Counted from the stretch's first letter, positions 27,725 to 37,227 are shown. The stretch: 61,815 nucleotides of DNA from Hyphomonas sp. (GCA_046291585.1 JBKBRT010000001.1:1-61815); one strand, 5' to 3'. The notes: generated by a model not told the origin, from the letters alone. Numbers and translations: made by a program.

Positions 27725-27925
27725 ATGTCGTTTATATTCACCCAAGCAGATTTGAAGGACCTTACCGTTCAACAACTTCGCGCCAAGCGCGCCGAAATCA
27801 TTACCGACCTTGAGGCGCGGGGCCTACGGCTTGAAGATTGCCCGCATATTCAGATCAGCATTCGTTTTATCGATGAGGCGTTGGCGCTGGCAGCGCGCCG
27901 CAGTCCATCGGCCCCCAGACCTTGA
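27725..27925 (+). CDS. Small helical hypothetical protein (66 aa)
   Basis: Strong RBS AAGGAG 7 nt before ATG 27725; MSFIFTQADLKDLTVQQLR... Confidence 0.7.
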   Translation: MSFIFTQADLKDLTVQQLRAKRAEIITDLEARGLRLEDCPHIQISIRFIDEALALAARRSPSAPRP

Positions 27926-27956
27926 GGGCTTGTGAAACTCGGTGGCCGTAGTTCGT

Positions 27957-30179
27957 TTAAGTGCGAACTGGGATATCGATCGTTGGGCGCAATGGCTCCA
28001 GTTGCGTGGAAAACCGTCGGACGACCTGATCATACAAGTCCGCAATATGTTTGGCATGGACACTAACAACAAGCGCATACGGTAGACTGTGAGTTGGCGC
28101 AAAGTTTCGCCCTTCAAGACGGGCGTTGTAGTGAATGTCAAAGCACGGATTTCTTAGGCTGCTTCCTCTGAAGCGACGTGAAGCATGAAGGCAGTTCTCC
28201 CACTTCCATGCATCTCTTCGAAGATCCTCTTCAGTCATACCCGAATTTGCCGCGCCAAAGAAACTCTTTGTGTCTGGATGGACTTGGTTGTCTCGTGAGA
28301 ATTTTTGATCGTTGGGGCGGAAGGATACTTCAAGCCCCGCACGTGTGTAGTTTCCAGGGTGATGTGGATCTGTTTGAGACTTGTAACAAATTGTAGCGGT
28401 GATCTCGGCGTTTCCTGAAATCTCGCCAACAGGCAAAGGAATTGGCGCCCTAATATACTTCGCAGGCGAGATTGTTCCTTGGTAGACGACACGAATTGTA
28501 TCGTCGTCGCAGATCACGATGTCCTCCAACGATCTCGAAATCCGTCCCCACCCAACTTCTTCAGCGGGCTGATTGCCCCTCTCTGCACGGTGGATCAGCA
28601 ATGCGCGAATAGCCAATAAGCTGAGGTTGGAGCCGAAATGAGCTCGTACACCTGCGCCGAGACGTAAGGTGCTCGGCGTGGCGAAAGAAGTTCCACCTGT
28701 GGAGTCAAGTGTCGGTTGATCTCCTTGGCCGACAACGAGGAAAGGCCGCTGGATCGAACCACCGAAATCGACAAGGTCGGGCTTCATCAACCCTGGGCTT
28801 CGTCCTGGCCCAACTGAGCTATAAGGGGCACGCCGCCAACCCGCATCGGGAGTATCGCAAGCGCCAATCGCTAATGCGTTTACACAATCTGCAGGCACCT
28901 GAATTCGATTAAGTCCAAGAGTAGCATCCCCGTCTCCGTCGTTTCCAACTGCTATCGCAGCGAGGGTATTCGTGCGCGCAAAACGATCATCAAGAACCGC
29001 CGTCCATGCATGCACATCATCATCCTCAATAGGGAGACGAGGGCCGAGGCTAAGGTTTACGAAGTCGTAGTCGATGTCAGAGAGCACTCGATCAATGCGA
29101 TCAAGAACATCGAAGAGCTCATGCGGATTTTGACCTGGCTCGTTGTCCAGAACTCGATAATGATCGACATTTGAGTAGGGCCTCGGAAGCGGCTGTGTCG
29201 GATCTATGTGACCAAACAGAAAGGCAGAGGTCACTGCTGTTCCGTGTTTCAAGAATTCTGTATGTGCCGGACCGAGATTTGGCCCATCTACAGGCCGCGC
29301 CCATGGCGTAAGCGGGTGATTATCCGGTAGCCCTCCATCAAAAATCGCTGCTCTGATGTTTGGATCAAGCGCCCCTTCGACCGGAAGCTGAAGCATCTGT
29401 GTCGGAATAGAGGACGAGCGTATCGTAGGCCGTAGCATGCGCAACCGAGGCATTTCGCGGATTGCGCGAACTACTGAGAAGACTGCGATCTCATCTGCCA
29501 ACTCTGCAGGAGCTTCAACTTCTAGAAAGCACAACCCACCAGCATAGAATCTGCGGTCAAGACGAGATTCGACACCCACATCCTGCAGGTACTTGCGAAA
29601 CTCACCTAAAATAAAATTCTCGCCCAATAGCTCATCAACATGGAGCACTACTTCAAAGACACCTGTTCCAGAGGAAGGCAGCGTGCCTTTGATCTTTGTT
29701 TCTACCGTAGGCGCACTGATGTCTTCCAAGGTAATGAGGTCTTTTCCCTCAGGCGTGGCCTCAGCCCAGCTAGGAAGCTGACTGCTCCATCGACGAATCG
29801 CGTCACGTGGACCAATTACAAAAAGCTCTGTAGTCAGCGTTTCAACAGGCTCACGATCCCGCGAGCGTTTTTCGGGCTTAACTCGCCGCGGCTTACTGCC
29901 TACGGCTGTCATTCCGGCGGCCTTCAAAAGGTCATGGGGAAAGTAAGACTTAGCAATGTACTCTGGGTTCAGTGTAAGTGAAACGACTGCTTGGTCATTT
30001 GGGCAGGCGTTCGAAGGCAATGCGTCGATTTGCGAGACCGCTTTGGTTAGACGCGGGACAAGTCGTGACTGCGCTTCAGCAAACGAATACGGCGCCACTT
30101 TGGGCCCTCCACCACCGCGAACAGTGATGTCTTCGGCGAGCCTCTCGCCCTTACCCAGAAGGAAGTTGCGCTTTGTCAC
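27957..30179 (-). CDS. S8 subtilisin-like serine protease (IetS-like)
   Basis: 740 aa; triad motifs IFDGG, KHGTAV, GTSFATP; NLSLG, AVGNDG, KPDLV; no signal peptide. Confidence 0.92.
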   Translation of the reverse strand: MTKRNFLLGKGERLAEDITVRGGGGPKVAPYSFAEAQSRLVPRLTKAVSQIDALPSNACPNDQAVVSLTLNPEYIAKSYFPHDLLKAAGMTAVGSKPRRVKPEKRSRDREPVETLTTELFVIGPRDAIRRWSSQLPSWAEATPEGKDLITLEDISAPTVETKIKGTLPSSGTGVFEVVLHVDELLGENFILGEFRKYLQDVGVESRLDRRFYAGGLCFLEVEAPAELADEIAVFSVVRAIREMPRLRMLRPTIRSSSIPTQMLQLPVEGALDPNIRAAIFDGGLPDNHPLTPWARPVDGPNLGPAHTEFLKHGTAVTSAFLFGHIDPTQPLPRPYSNVDHYRVLDNEPGQNPHELFDVLDRIDRVLSDIDYDFVNLSLGPRLPIEDDDVHAWTAVLDDRFARTNTLAAIAVGNDGDGDATLGLNRIQVPADCVNALAIGACDTPDAGWRRAPYSSVGPGRSPGLMKPDLVDFGGSIQRPFLVVGQGDQPTLDSTGGTSFATPSTLRLGAGVRAHFGSNLSLLAIRALLIHRAERGNQPAEEVGWGRISRSLEDIVICDDDTIRVVYQGTISPAKYIRAPIPLPVGEISGNAEITATICYKSQTDPHHPGNYTRAGLEVSFRPNDQKFSRDNQVHPDTKSFFGAANSGMTEEDLRRDAWKWENCLHASRRFRGSSLRNPCFDIHYNARLEGRNFAPTHSLPYALVVSVHAKHIADLYDQVVRRFSTQLEPLRPTIDIPVRT

Positions 30180-31306
30180 TTTTTACCTGCCGATCTTTTT
30201 GCTGGACGCGGGCTTATAGTCCGTGTTCGGATGGTTTCCCTAGCTACCCCTGTTAATTCATGCGCTCGACGTTGTGAAACCAGCCCCCCATCCACTAGAG
30301 ATGCGGCAAGCTGAATTTTGTCTTGCTTTGAAAGGTCGTCCGTTTTGATAAGCGCTGATAGTTGTTCATCCAGCGCTTTGCCATTGATCGCCGCCGCTCG
30401 CCTTGCAGCACGCATGTCGCGCTCAAGGTCGCTGAACGAATGACCACGCAGAGCCAGAGCTAGTATGCTGGCCCATTGCCCTGCATGTGGAGTGCTCTTG
30501 CTGAGTTCTGCTTCAATAAACGCCCGCGCAGCATCAACCGTAGGCAGAGGGAATTCTACAGCAACTTCAAAACGGCGCCATATTGCTGGATCAAGCAAAT
30601 CAGCATGGTTTGTTGCCGCGACAAGCAAGCCAGTCGATGGCCAATCATCTAATTGCTGGATAAGAACGGTTACAAGCCGCTTGAGCTCACCGATTTCACC
30701 ACGATCATCGCGTCTTTTTGCTATGGCGTCGAGTTCGTCCAACAAAAGGACGCATTCGATTGACTTGGCATAGTCCAATACATGCCGCAGGTTTGTGCCA
30801 GTTCGTCCCAAATAGCTGCTCATCACGGCAGCAAGGTCCAAGACGACAAGGGGGCGCTTGAGTTCGCGGGCGAGCCAGCGCGCCGCCATGGTTTTACCTA
30901 CGCCTGGCGGTCCAGTGAACAATGCAGTTCTAGTTGGCTCAAGTCCCGCCTTGAGCAAGGCGCTAGCGTGAGCGCGCTCATCGACAAGTCGCTTCAGAAC
31001 ACCTGCAACGCCATCGCTGAAAACAGGCTCATGATCGAGCATGGGACTTTCTTCGAAGCGCAACAGGTGAAAGCGTGTATCGGCATCCACGGGTAGAGCG
31101 ACATCGGCATTGCGTCGGAGCGGTGATGATCGAGTTGGTGACTCCCTCAGGAGGTCGATCAAGGCATCCGCCAACTCTGGCGCTGAGGACCGATAACGTT
31201 TCGCCGCGCGCTGCACGAAAACTTGAACGTCCTGAGCTCTGCCCGATAACGCAAGCCGCGCCATATGGACCAGATCAGTTTCAACGCTCTTTTTTTCTTC
31301 CGCCAT
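30176..31306 (-). CDS. AAA+ ATPase (IetA-like) with C-terminal HTH-like segment
   Basis: GPPGVGKT, LLLDELD, AATNH, LDPAIWRRF; GTGA overlap with the S8 gene; start set at ATG 31306. Confidence 0.92.
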   Translation of the reverse strand: MAEEKKSVETDLVHMARLALSGRAQDVQVFVQRAAKRYRSSAPELADALIDLLRESPTRSSPLRRNADVALPVDADTRFHLLRFEESPMLDHEPVFSDGVAGVLKRLVDERAHASALLKAGLEPTRTALFTGPPGVGKTMAARWLARELKRPLVVLDLAAVMSSYLGRTGTNLRHVLDYAKSIECVLLLDELDAIAKRRDDRGEIGELKRLVTVLIQQLDDWPSTGLLVAATNHADLLDPAIWRRFEVAVEFPLPTVDAARAFIEAELSKSTPHAGQWASILALALRGHSFSDLERDMRAARRAAAINGKALDEQLSALIKTDDLSKQDKIQLAASLVDGGLVSQRRAHELTGVARETIRTRTISPRPAKRSAGKK

Positions 31307-31319
31307 TCGAGAAAGCCCT

Positions 31320-31367
31320 CTGATTCTCAATAAGAATCAGTATGGCAGGCTATGGAAGAATTTGCAA
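31320..31367 (-). promoter_or_regulatory. sigma70 promoter and operator-like palindrome of the ATPase-protease operon
   Basis: Minus strand TTGCAA-17 bp-CATACT; inverted repeat CTGATTCT-N5-AGAATCAG (31320-31340) over the predicted start site. Confidence 0.65.
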
Positions 31368-31608
31368 CATTAGAGGACAGATTCTTCCATAATGCGCATA
31401 TCTATTTGATTATATACGTATTTATTGTGGACAACTTTTGGTGACGTGCGCTGTCGCTCGTCAAAGTCCATTAGCGATGGCCGATCCCGTTCGGGACAAC
31501 TCTGGCCACCATGCGCCGCGTTCGCGGGGCATTTCGCACACTTGGGTCGCACGGTGCCGCGCTCTGCCCTGCGTGAGAAGCAGTCCTGCTTCTTGAAGGA
31601 AATATGAG

Positions 31609-31693
31609 TGGTGCGGATAGAGGGACTCGAACCCACACACCTTGCGGCGACGGTACCTAAAACCGTTGCGTCTACCAATTCCGCCATATCCGC
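31609..31693 (-). tRNA. Element-encoded intact tRNA-Leu(TAG)
   Basis: GCGGATATGGCGGAATTGGTAGACGCAACGGTTTTAGGTACCGTCGCCGCAAGGTGTGTGGGTTCGAGTCCCTCTATCCGCACCA; 85-nt cloverleaf with long variable arm, encoded CCA, one T-T mismatch in the T stem. Confidence 0.95.
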
Positions 31694-31764
31694 ACGTCGG
31701 AATACTCAGTCTAGGATATGGCGAAACTTTTCGCCACGGAGAAATGCGGCATCATTTGCCAGAA

Positions 31765-33054
31765 TCAGTGATGATCTGGGCGCGCCTCGGGCTTGCCCGT
31801 TGTGCGGGGCTTGGCTGGCGCGCGCCGTGCGCGCGGACGCTTCACATTGATGGCGCCAGCATCCAAGCGATCCTTGATGTGGGCAGCATAAAACTCTTCG
31901 ATCATTTTGACGCTGGTGCGGCAGTTGTTTGCGATCTGGTGAATGTTCGCGCCCTCCATGAGGCGCGTAGAAATGTAGGTATGGCGCAGGCTGTAGGCCG
32001 TGCGCTGGCGACCGTCGCGGTCGAATTTAAGTCCTTCTTCTTGAAGTATCTGATTGAATAAGTGCCGCTTGAACTTGCGGAACACGAGTTGATCGGGTGG
32101 CAGTTCAGGGCGAGGGGAGCCTGCGGGCTGTTGATCGTTCAACTCCTTTTCACGCCGCGCCCGAAGTCGGCGGAAAGGCTCCACGGCGCCAGGCATGCTT
32201 TTGCAGTAGCCGACCCCAGTTTTGCCGCGCACATCAATGACGAGGATTGTCTCCTTCGTTGCGGCATCATCTTCAATACTCACATCGCGGAACTCCAGCC
32301 GCGAGGCTTCATCGGGTCGTAGTCCAGTGTTGGCCATGAACAGCACAAAATCGTGCATGTCCTCATAGTGGCTTTTCCAGCCAGGACGCCCTCCATCGGT
32401 GATCCGCTTGCGGGTCGCCGTATAGAGCTGCTTGTACTCTTCGGGTGAGAACCAAGCGTGGCGGCCTTTCTTTCCCTGTGTCATGTAGGGCTGGGAGAGG
32501 CTGGGCACGAAGGGAATCCAGCCCATGCCCTCTGCGTACTTCAAGACTTGGCGGATAATGACGATTTCCTGAGTCATTGTACTGCGGGCGGGTTGCCGCC
32601 CTTGTTGAGCAGGTTGGTCACCCTGCGCAGGTTTTGCAGTCTTTGCCATAAAGTCTTCGGCCCGCTTGACGCGGTAGGCTTGCACCATTCCTCGGTTGAT
32701 TTCTGAGAGCGCCTTCTCTGCGAAGAAGGGGAGGATGTGTACCTTAAGGCGAAGCTCCACCATTGCGACGTACTGCGGGCTGCGCGTCGTGGACGCGAGC
32801 ACGCGGATTTCGCGCACATAATGCTCGGCGGCTTCTTTGAATTTGCGTTCCTGCTTGATGATTTCGCCACGGCGCAGCTTGCCGCGCAGGTCGAGATACC
32901 ATTCCTCAGCAACGTCCTTGGCGCGGTCCAGATCTTGCTCCCGCGTGGACTCCCTGTAGCGCTTGCCGCCGACCCGCGCAGAGCACTGCCAGACGCGGCT
33001 CTGGGGGCGTCGGTAAACCTGCAATCTGCCATCAAACATCTGGTGTGTGGTCAC
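31765..33054 (-). CDS. Tyrosine recombinase / integrase
   Basis: NTGLRPDE, RGKTG, YSLRHTY, MIEEFYA catalytic motifs; N-terminal arm-binding-like beta domain; adjacent to attR. Confidence 0.93.
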   Translation of the reverse strand: MTTHQMFDGRLQVYRRPQSRVWQCSARVGGKRYRESTREQDLDRAKDVAEEWYLDLRGKLRRGEIIKQERKFKEAAEHYVREIRVLASTTRSPQYVAMVELRLKVHILPFFAEKALSEINRGMVQAYRVKRAEDFMAKTAKPAQGDQPAQQGRQPARSTMTQEIVIIRQVLKYAEGMGWIPFVPSLSQPYMTQGKKGRHAWFSPEEYKQLYTATRKRITDGGRPGWKSHYEDMHDFVLFMANTGLRPDEASRLEFRDVSIEDDAATKETILVIDVRGKTGVGYCKSMPGAVEPFRRLRARREKELNDQQPAGSPRPELPPDQLVFRKFKRHLFNQILQEEGLKFDRDGRQRTAYSLRHTYISTRLMEGANIHQIANNCRTSVKMIEEFYAAHIKDRLDAGAINVKRPRARRAPAKPRTTGKPEARPDHH

Positions 33055-33065
33055 GGCTTTCTACC

Positions 33066-33093
33066 TGTGTCCGAGTGTGTCCAAACTGTGTCT
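33066..33093 (+). repeat. Right integrase arm-type repeats (TGTGTCY x3)
   Basis: TGTGTCC at 33066 and 33076, TGTGTCT at 33087, directly upstream of the integrase start. Confidence 0.75.
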
Positions 33094-33170
33094 AGGGCTT
33101 ATAACCCTAGTATAACAAGAAAATCCTTGTTTTTAAACGGGATTCTTGTTACCTATTGGCGAATCTACGA

Positions 33171-33181
33171 GATTTAGGTTC
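33171..33181 (+). repeat. attR core GATTTAGGTTC
   Basis: Identical to 8721-8731. Confidence 0.92.
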
Positions 33182-33225
33182 CAGCGCCGCAAGGTGTGAA
33201 GGTTCGAGTCCTTTCATCCGCACCA
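33171..33225 (+). pseudogene. 3' half of the disrupted host tRNA-Leu(TAG) (attR)
   Basis: GATTTAGGTTCCAGCGCCGCAAGGTGTGAAGGTTCGAGTCCTTTCATCCGCACCA; CATCCGC pairs with GCGGATG at 8691 and TCCAG with CTGGA; no 5' half upstream. Confidence 0.93.
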
Positions 33226-33330
33226 CGAATGCTGCCAACGGCTGCTTCAGACCTCTGGCGTGGTGTCTGTGAGGTGCCATATGCACCTTTCTTCTTTTCC
33301 TCCAGAACACCGTTTGATCTTCCTCCGGCC

Positions 33331-33837
33331 ATGACTTTCCAGATCCTCCACATGACGCCGTTGCATATTGATGAGGTGGTCCGCGTGCAGGCGCAGGCAT
33401 TCCCGGAAGATCTTCGGGAATCGCCGGAGGTTTTTGCTGACCGGCTCGCCCGATTTGGAGCCCATTATCGCGTTGCGTTCATGGGAAACCGGATGGTGGG
33501 CTACATGATCAGTTTTCCGTGGAAGCTGGGCGACGCGCCGGTGAACAATCAGAAATTTCCTGTCGAGCTGCCGGAGCCAGACTGTTTCTACATCCATGAT
33601 ATTGCTGTTCTGCCCGATGCCCGGGGAACGGGCATTTCTAGGGCCCTGCTGGATGACGCCTATACTCAGGCGCATGCGCTCGGTTTTGACGCGGTCAGCC
33701 TTGTCGCGGTTGGGCAATCCGGCAGTTTCTGGGACAAGGCGGGCTTTGTGCCCTACGCTCTGGTGGGCCCCGGGAAGCTGGGGCGCATCGTCGAGATCTA
33801 TGGGCCCGGCGCGCGCCTGATGGCCTTGCCGATCTGA
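33331..33837 (+). CDS. GNAT-family N-acetyltransferase
   Basis: YIHDIAVLPDARGTGI motif A and FWDKAGF; start set at ATG 33331. Confidence 0.88.
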   Translation: MTFQILHMTPLHIDEVVRVQAQAFPEDLRESPEVFADRLARFGAHYRVAFMGNRMVGYMISFPWKLGDAPVNNQKFPVELPEPDCFYIHDIAVLPDARGTGISRALLDDAYTQAHALGFDAVSLVAVGQSGSFWDKAGFVPYALVGPGKLGRIVEIYGPGARLMALPI

Positions 33838-33839
33838 GG

Positions 33840-35282
33840 CTAGCCCAGTTCGCCGTGCAGGGCGCTCAGGATGATCGGCAGCTGCATCTCAATATCCTCG
33901 GCAATCAGGCCCGCGCCCACGCGGCGCCCGGCTTCCCCGTGCAGCCAGCAGCCGATGGCCGCCGCCACGAACGTATCTACGCCCTGCGCCATGAAACCGG
34001 CGATGATGCCTGCCAGGACATCCCCCGACCCCGCCGTGGCCAGCCACCGGGTGGCGTGGGTGTTGACGAGAGCGTTGCCATCAGGCTGGGCGATGACGGT
34101 ATCAGCGCCCTTGAGGAGGATGACACAGCCCGCCTTTGCAGCCGCCGCCCGGACAGCCTGAACCTTGTTATCGCTGGTGGCCAGCAGATCGCCAAACAGG
34201 CGGGCAAATTCACCGGTATGGGGCGTGAGGATATCTGTGGGGCGCAGCTGGCTGAACAGGGCGCCAGGATCGTCCCCGAAGACGGTGAGCGCATCGGCAT
34301 CGAGCAGCAGCCTGGCCGGGCCCTTGAGGAGGGCCTCGACATTGGCGCGGGTGGCGTCTGTGAGACCGGCTGCCGGACCAATCACTATGGCGGTGGCTCG
34401 TGCGGCATAGGCGGCCAGGTCCTCGGGGGTCACGAACGGCGCGAGCATGATGGCAGTGAGGTGGGCGGCGTGGACAGCGGCCGCGTCAGGCGGCGAGAGC
34501 ATCGTGACAAGCCCTGCCCCGGCGCGCAGGCCCGCCCTGGCCGTGAGCCGGGCTGCGCCGGTCGTCCACGGGCCGCCGCTGACGACCTTGAGATGGCCGC
34601 GCTGGTATTTGTGAACCCCGAAACCCGGCTGAGGCATCTGAGTGTGCCAGAGCGCGGGGCTGTTTTCGGCCAGTGCAGTCTGAACCGGCACACCGATATC
34701 GGCCACCATGACGGGGCCGGAAAAGGCCGAACCGGGGAGCAGCACATGCGCCGGGCGCAGCGCAGCGAAGGTTATGGTCGCCTGAGCCTGAAAAGCGGGG
34801 CCGAGCGGTTTGCCGGTGTATCCGTCAATGCCGGAAGGAACGTCGACCGATATGACGTGCCCGCCGCGTTGGGCCAGCGCAGCTGCGGCGCCCTCCAGCG
34901 GGCGGGTCAGTCCGGCGCCATACAGGGCATCAAGGATAAGCTCTGGCTGTGAGTTCAGCGCCGCTTCGAGCGGATGGACCGGGCCCGTCCACTCGCTGGC
35001 AGCTTTGGCCGTATCCCCGGTGAGCTCACTTACCGGACGGGCGCAATAGACCTCCACATTCCGCCAGAATTTCGCAAGCTTTGCCGCAGCAATGAACCCG
35101 TCGCCGCCATTGCCGCCCGGACCGCACAGCACCTGAATCCGGCCATCAGGCCAGTGGGTATGGACAAACTCGGCAACCGCCTCGCCTGCCCTATGCATAA
35201 GGGTGAAGCTATCGGTGCCCGCGCTGATAACAGCCTGCTCGGCGGCAAGCATTTCCTGAGGTGTAAGTATCGGTCTTCCCAT
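33840..35282 (-). CDS. nnr: Bifunctional NAD(P)H-hydrate epimerase/dehydratase
   Basis: YjeF_N CGPGGNGGDG, DALYGAG, SVDVPSG; kinase-like DADAL, LTPHTGEF, LATAGSGDVLAG. Confidence 0.93.
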   Translation of the reverse strand: MGRPILTPQEMLAAEQAVISAGTDSFTLMHRAGEAVAEFVHTHWPDGRIQVLCGPGGNGGDGFIAAAKLAKFWRNVEVYCARPVSELTGDTAKAASEWTGPVHPLEAALNSQPELILDALYGAGLTRPLEGAAAALAQRGGHVISVDVPSGIDGYTGKPLGPAFQAQATITFAALRPAHVLLPGSAFSGPVMVADIGVPVQTALAENSPALWHTQMPQPGFGVHKYQRGHLKVVSGGPWTTGAARLTARAGLRAGAGLVTMLSPPDAAAVHAAHLTAIMLAPFVTPEDLAAYAARATAIVIGPAAGLTDATRANVEALLKGPARLLLDADALTVFGDDPGALFSQLRPTDILTPHTGEFARLFGDLLATSDNKVQAVRAAAAKAGCVILLKGADTVIAQPDGNALVNTHATRWLATAGSGDVLAGIIAGFMAQGVDTFVAAAIGCWLHGEAGRRVGAGLIAEDIEMQLPIILSALHGELG

Positions 35283-35291
35283 GAGCGGGGC

Positions 35292-35831
35292 TCATAGCAC
35301 GCGGGTTGCGGATTCGCTCCCGTATTCTGCCACCCGAAGCACACCGCCGCGGCGCTCAAGCCGGGTGACCGAACAGTGTCCGGGGCGGAAGATCGTTACC
35401 CGGTCATCGCCCTCCAGCGCGCCAACGAGCGCATTGATCGCGACAAAGTGGGAAAATACCGCGACGCCATCGGGCAATTCCGAAACAGTCTGAGACATTC
35501 TGAGACGCCATTCGACCAGATCGGCGCCCGCATCGGTCCAGGAGCCGGCCATCAGCCCCCGCAGCCAGGACACGCGGTCTTCGATACCGGCGGGGGTGGA
35601 GATTTCAGACACTTCCGGCACGACCCGGGCGGTCAGCCCTGCCCGCGCCTCAAAGGGCTGAGCCGTCTCTCGGCAACGCTGCATGGGACTGGTGACAGCA
35701 GTCTTGGCGCCAAGCTTTGTGAGAATTTCAGAAGCGGCTTCGGCCTGCCCCTTGCCCAGATCGCTGAGCCCGGGATCGGGATGGTCGCCCCAGCTCGCGG
35801 CGGCTTCGCCATGACGGATAAGGAAGATCAC
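35292..35831 (-). CDS. Histidine phosphatase (phosphoglycerate mutase family)
   Basis: LIRHGE, SPMQRCRETA, FSH; GTG start overlapping the upstream stop. Confidence 0.88.
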   Translation of the reverse strand: MIFLIRHGEAAASWGDHPDPGLSDLGKGQAEAASEILTKLGAKTAVTSPMQRCRETAQPFEARAGLTARVVPEVSEISTPAGIEDRVSWLRGLMAGSWTDAGADLVEWRLRMSQTVSELPDGVAVFSHFVAINALVGALEGDDRVTIFRPGHCSVTRLERRGGVLRVAEYGSESATRVL

Positions 35832-36637
35832 GCGGCGGCTTGCTCGCGCAGCTTTCCAGCATCGCTGAGCTGGGTTTCGGCGCTGTAGCCATGAGCCGAC
35901 AGCATACCAAGCGCGCGGCGATACGCGACCGGCGGCTTGATGCCGAGGCGGGCGCGGGCTTCTTCCAGCGGTTCTTTCATGAGGGCGATGATATCCTGAC
36001 GCATGATTTTCTGGGCGGCCGCGCCGTTGCGCTTGCCTTCCCAGAAGCAATCCATGATTCGCGCCGATTTGGGGGCGTTTTTCGCGATCGTGCGGCACCC
36101 CATGAAGGCGATGAAGAGTACGCCGTTGCCGGGGTTCTGGCTGTAGGTGAAGGCGAGCAGCGAGGCTTCGCCCAACGCGTCGCGGTTGTAGCCGGAAAGC
36201 ACGTGGAAGAGGTCATGCGTGTCGCGCAGGCGATTGCCGAACCAGAGATAGTCGTCGTCGAACACCGGCTGGCCGGCCCGGTGCTTCTCGCTTTCCTCGA
36301 CAAGCCCCTGAGCGGTCAGCCCCTCCCGCTCCATGAACTCGACATAAGCGCGCCCGACGGTGCCCTCGGGCAGACGCTTGATCCAACTGTGATCATCGAG
36401 GACGGACGGAAGGTAGGCGCGCTCCTTAAGCAGGCGGCGGCCTTCCGGACTGGCAACAAAAGCGGCGAAGTTTTTCTCGAAGGCGCGTCCGTTGAGCGCC
36501 TCAATGATATGAAAGACCTGTTCAGTGTCTTCCTTGTTGGCGATCAGCTTCTGCATATGGCCCCACGCCTTGAGCGGCTGGACACGGGATCGTTTGCGGT
36601 CGGGATGGACGACGATTTCCAGATCCTGGACGGTCAT
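35828..36637 (-). CDS. Coq4-family protein
   Basis: LPEGTVGRAY and RDTHDLFHVLSGY...LGE (HDxxH-x11-E) motif. Confidence 0.82.
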   Translation of the reverse strand: MTVQDLEIVVHPDRKRSRVQPLKAWGHMQKLIANKEDTEQVFHIIEALNGRAFEKNFAAFVASPEGRRLLKERAYLPSVLDDHSWIKRLPEGTVGRAYVEFMEREGLTAQGLVEESEKHRAGQPVFDDDYLWFGNRLRDTHDLFHVLSGYNRDALGEASLLAFTYSQNPGNGVLFIAFMGCRTIAKNAPKSARIMDCFWEGKRNGAAAQKIMRQDIIALMKEPLEEARARLGIKPPVAYRRALGMLSAHGYSAETQLSDAGKLREQAAA

Positions 36638-36861
36638 TTTGGGGAGCCCTCGTAACTTCACGGATTGACGTTGCGTAGCACAATCTCACGCCGTCGATAA
36701 GTGACGCTAGCGTCATTTTACTGCTTTTCCATGAAAATTCCGCCGCCCAATATTTAATCAAGGGTGCACAATTCTTAATCTGGCGATCAAAGGTAACCAA
36801 TTTGCGGCCCCCCCCCTATCGCTTCAGACGGGAACACCTCATACGCACGGATGGACTCTAA

Positions 36862-37227
<366 letters not shown>

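Larger units (their letters stand above)
8721..33181. mobile_element. Integrative mobilizable element / defence island (~24.5 kb) inserted in tRNA-Leu(TAG)
   Basis: 11-bp direct repeats GATTTAGGTTC at both ends, split tRNA, terminal tyrosine integrase, mobC/relaxase/coupling protein, AT-richer cargo. Confidence 0.93.

Noticed and set aside
31370-31850. ORFs 31370-31687 (-) and 31608-31850 (+)
   Set aside because: Overlap the tRNA gene; typical spurious tRNA translations
8721-33181. Prophage or self-transmissible ICE
   Set aside because: No capsid, terminase, tail or lysis genes and no VirB/Trb mating-pore genes
8691-33225. Split tRNA as an intron-containing or trans-spliced tRNA
   Set aside because: The 24.5-kb insert has an integrase and direct repeats and no group I intron core; integration explains it
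33171-33225. Ordinary attR 3' tRNA duplication with an intact gene at attL
   Set aside because: The attL copy stops at 8731 with no variable arm, T arm or acceptor 3' strand, so the host gene is not restored
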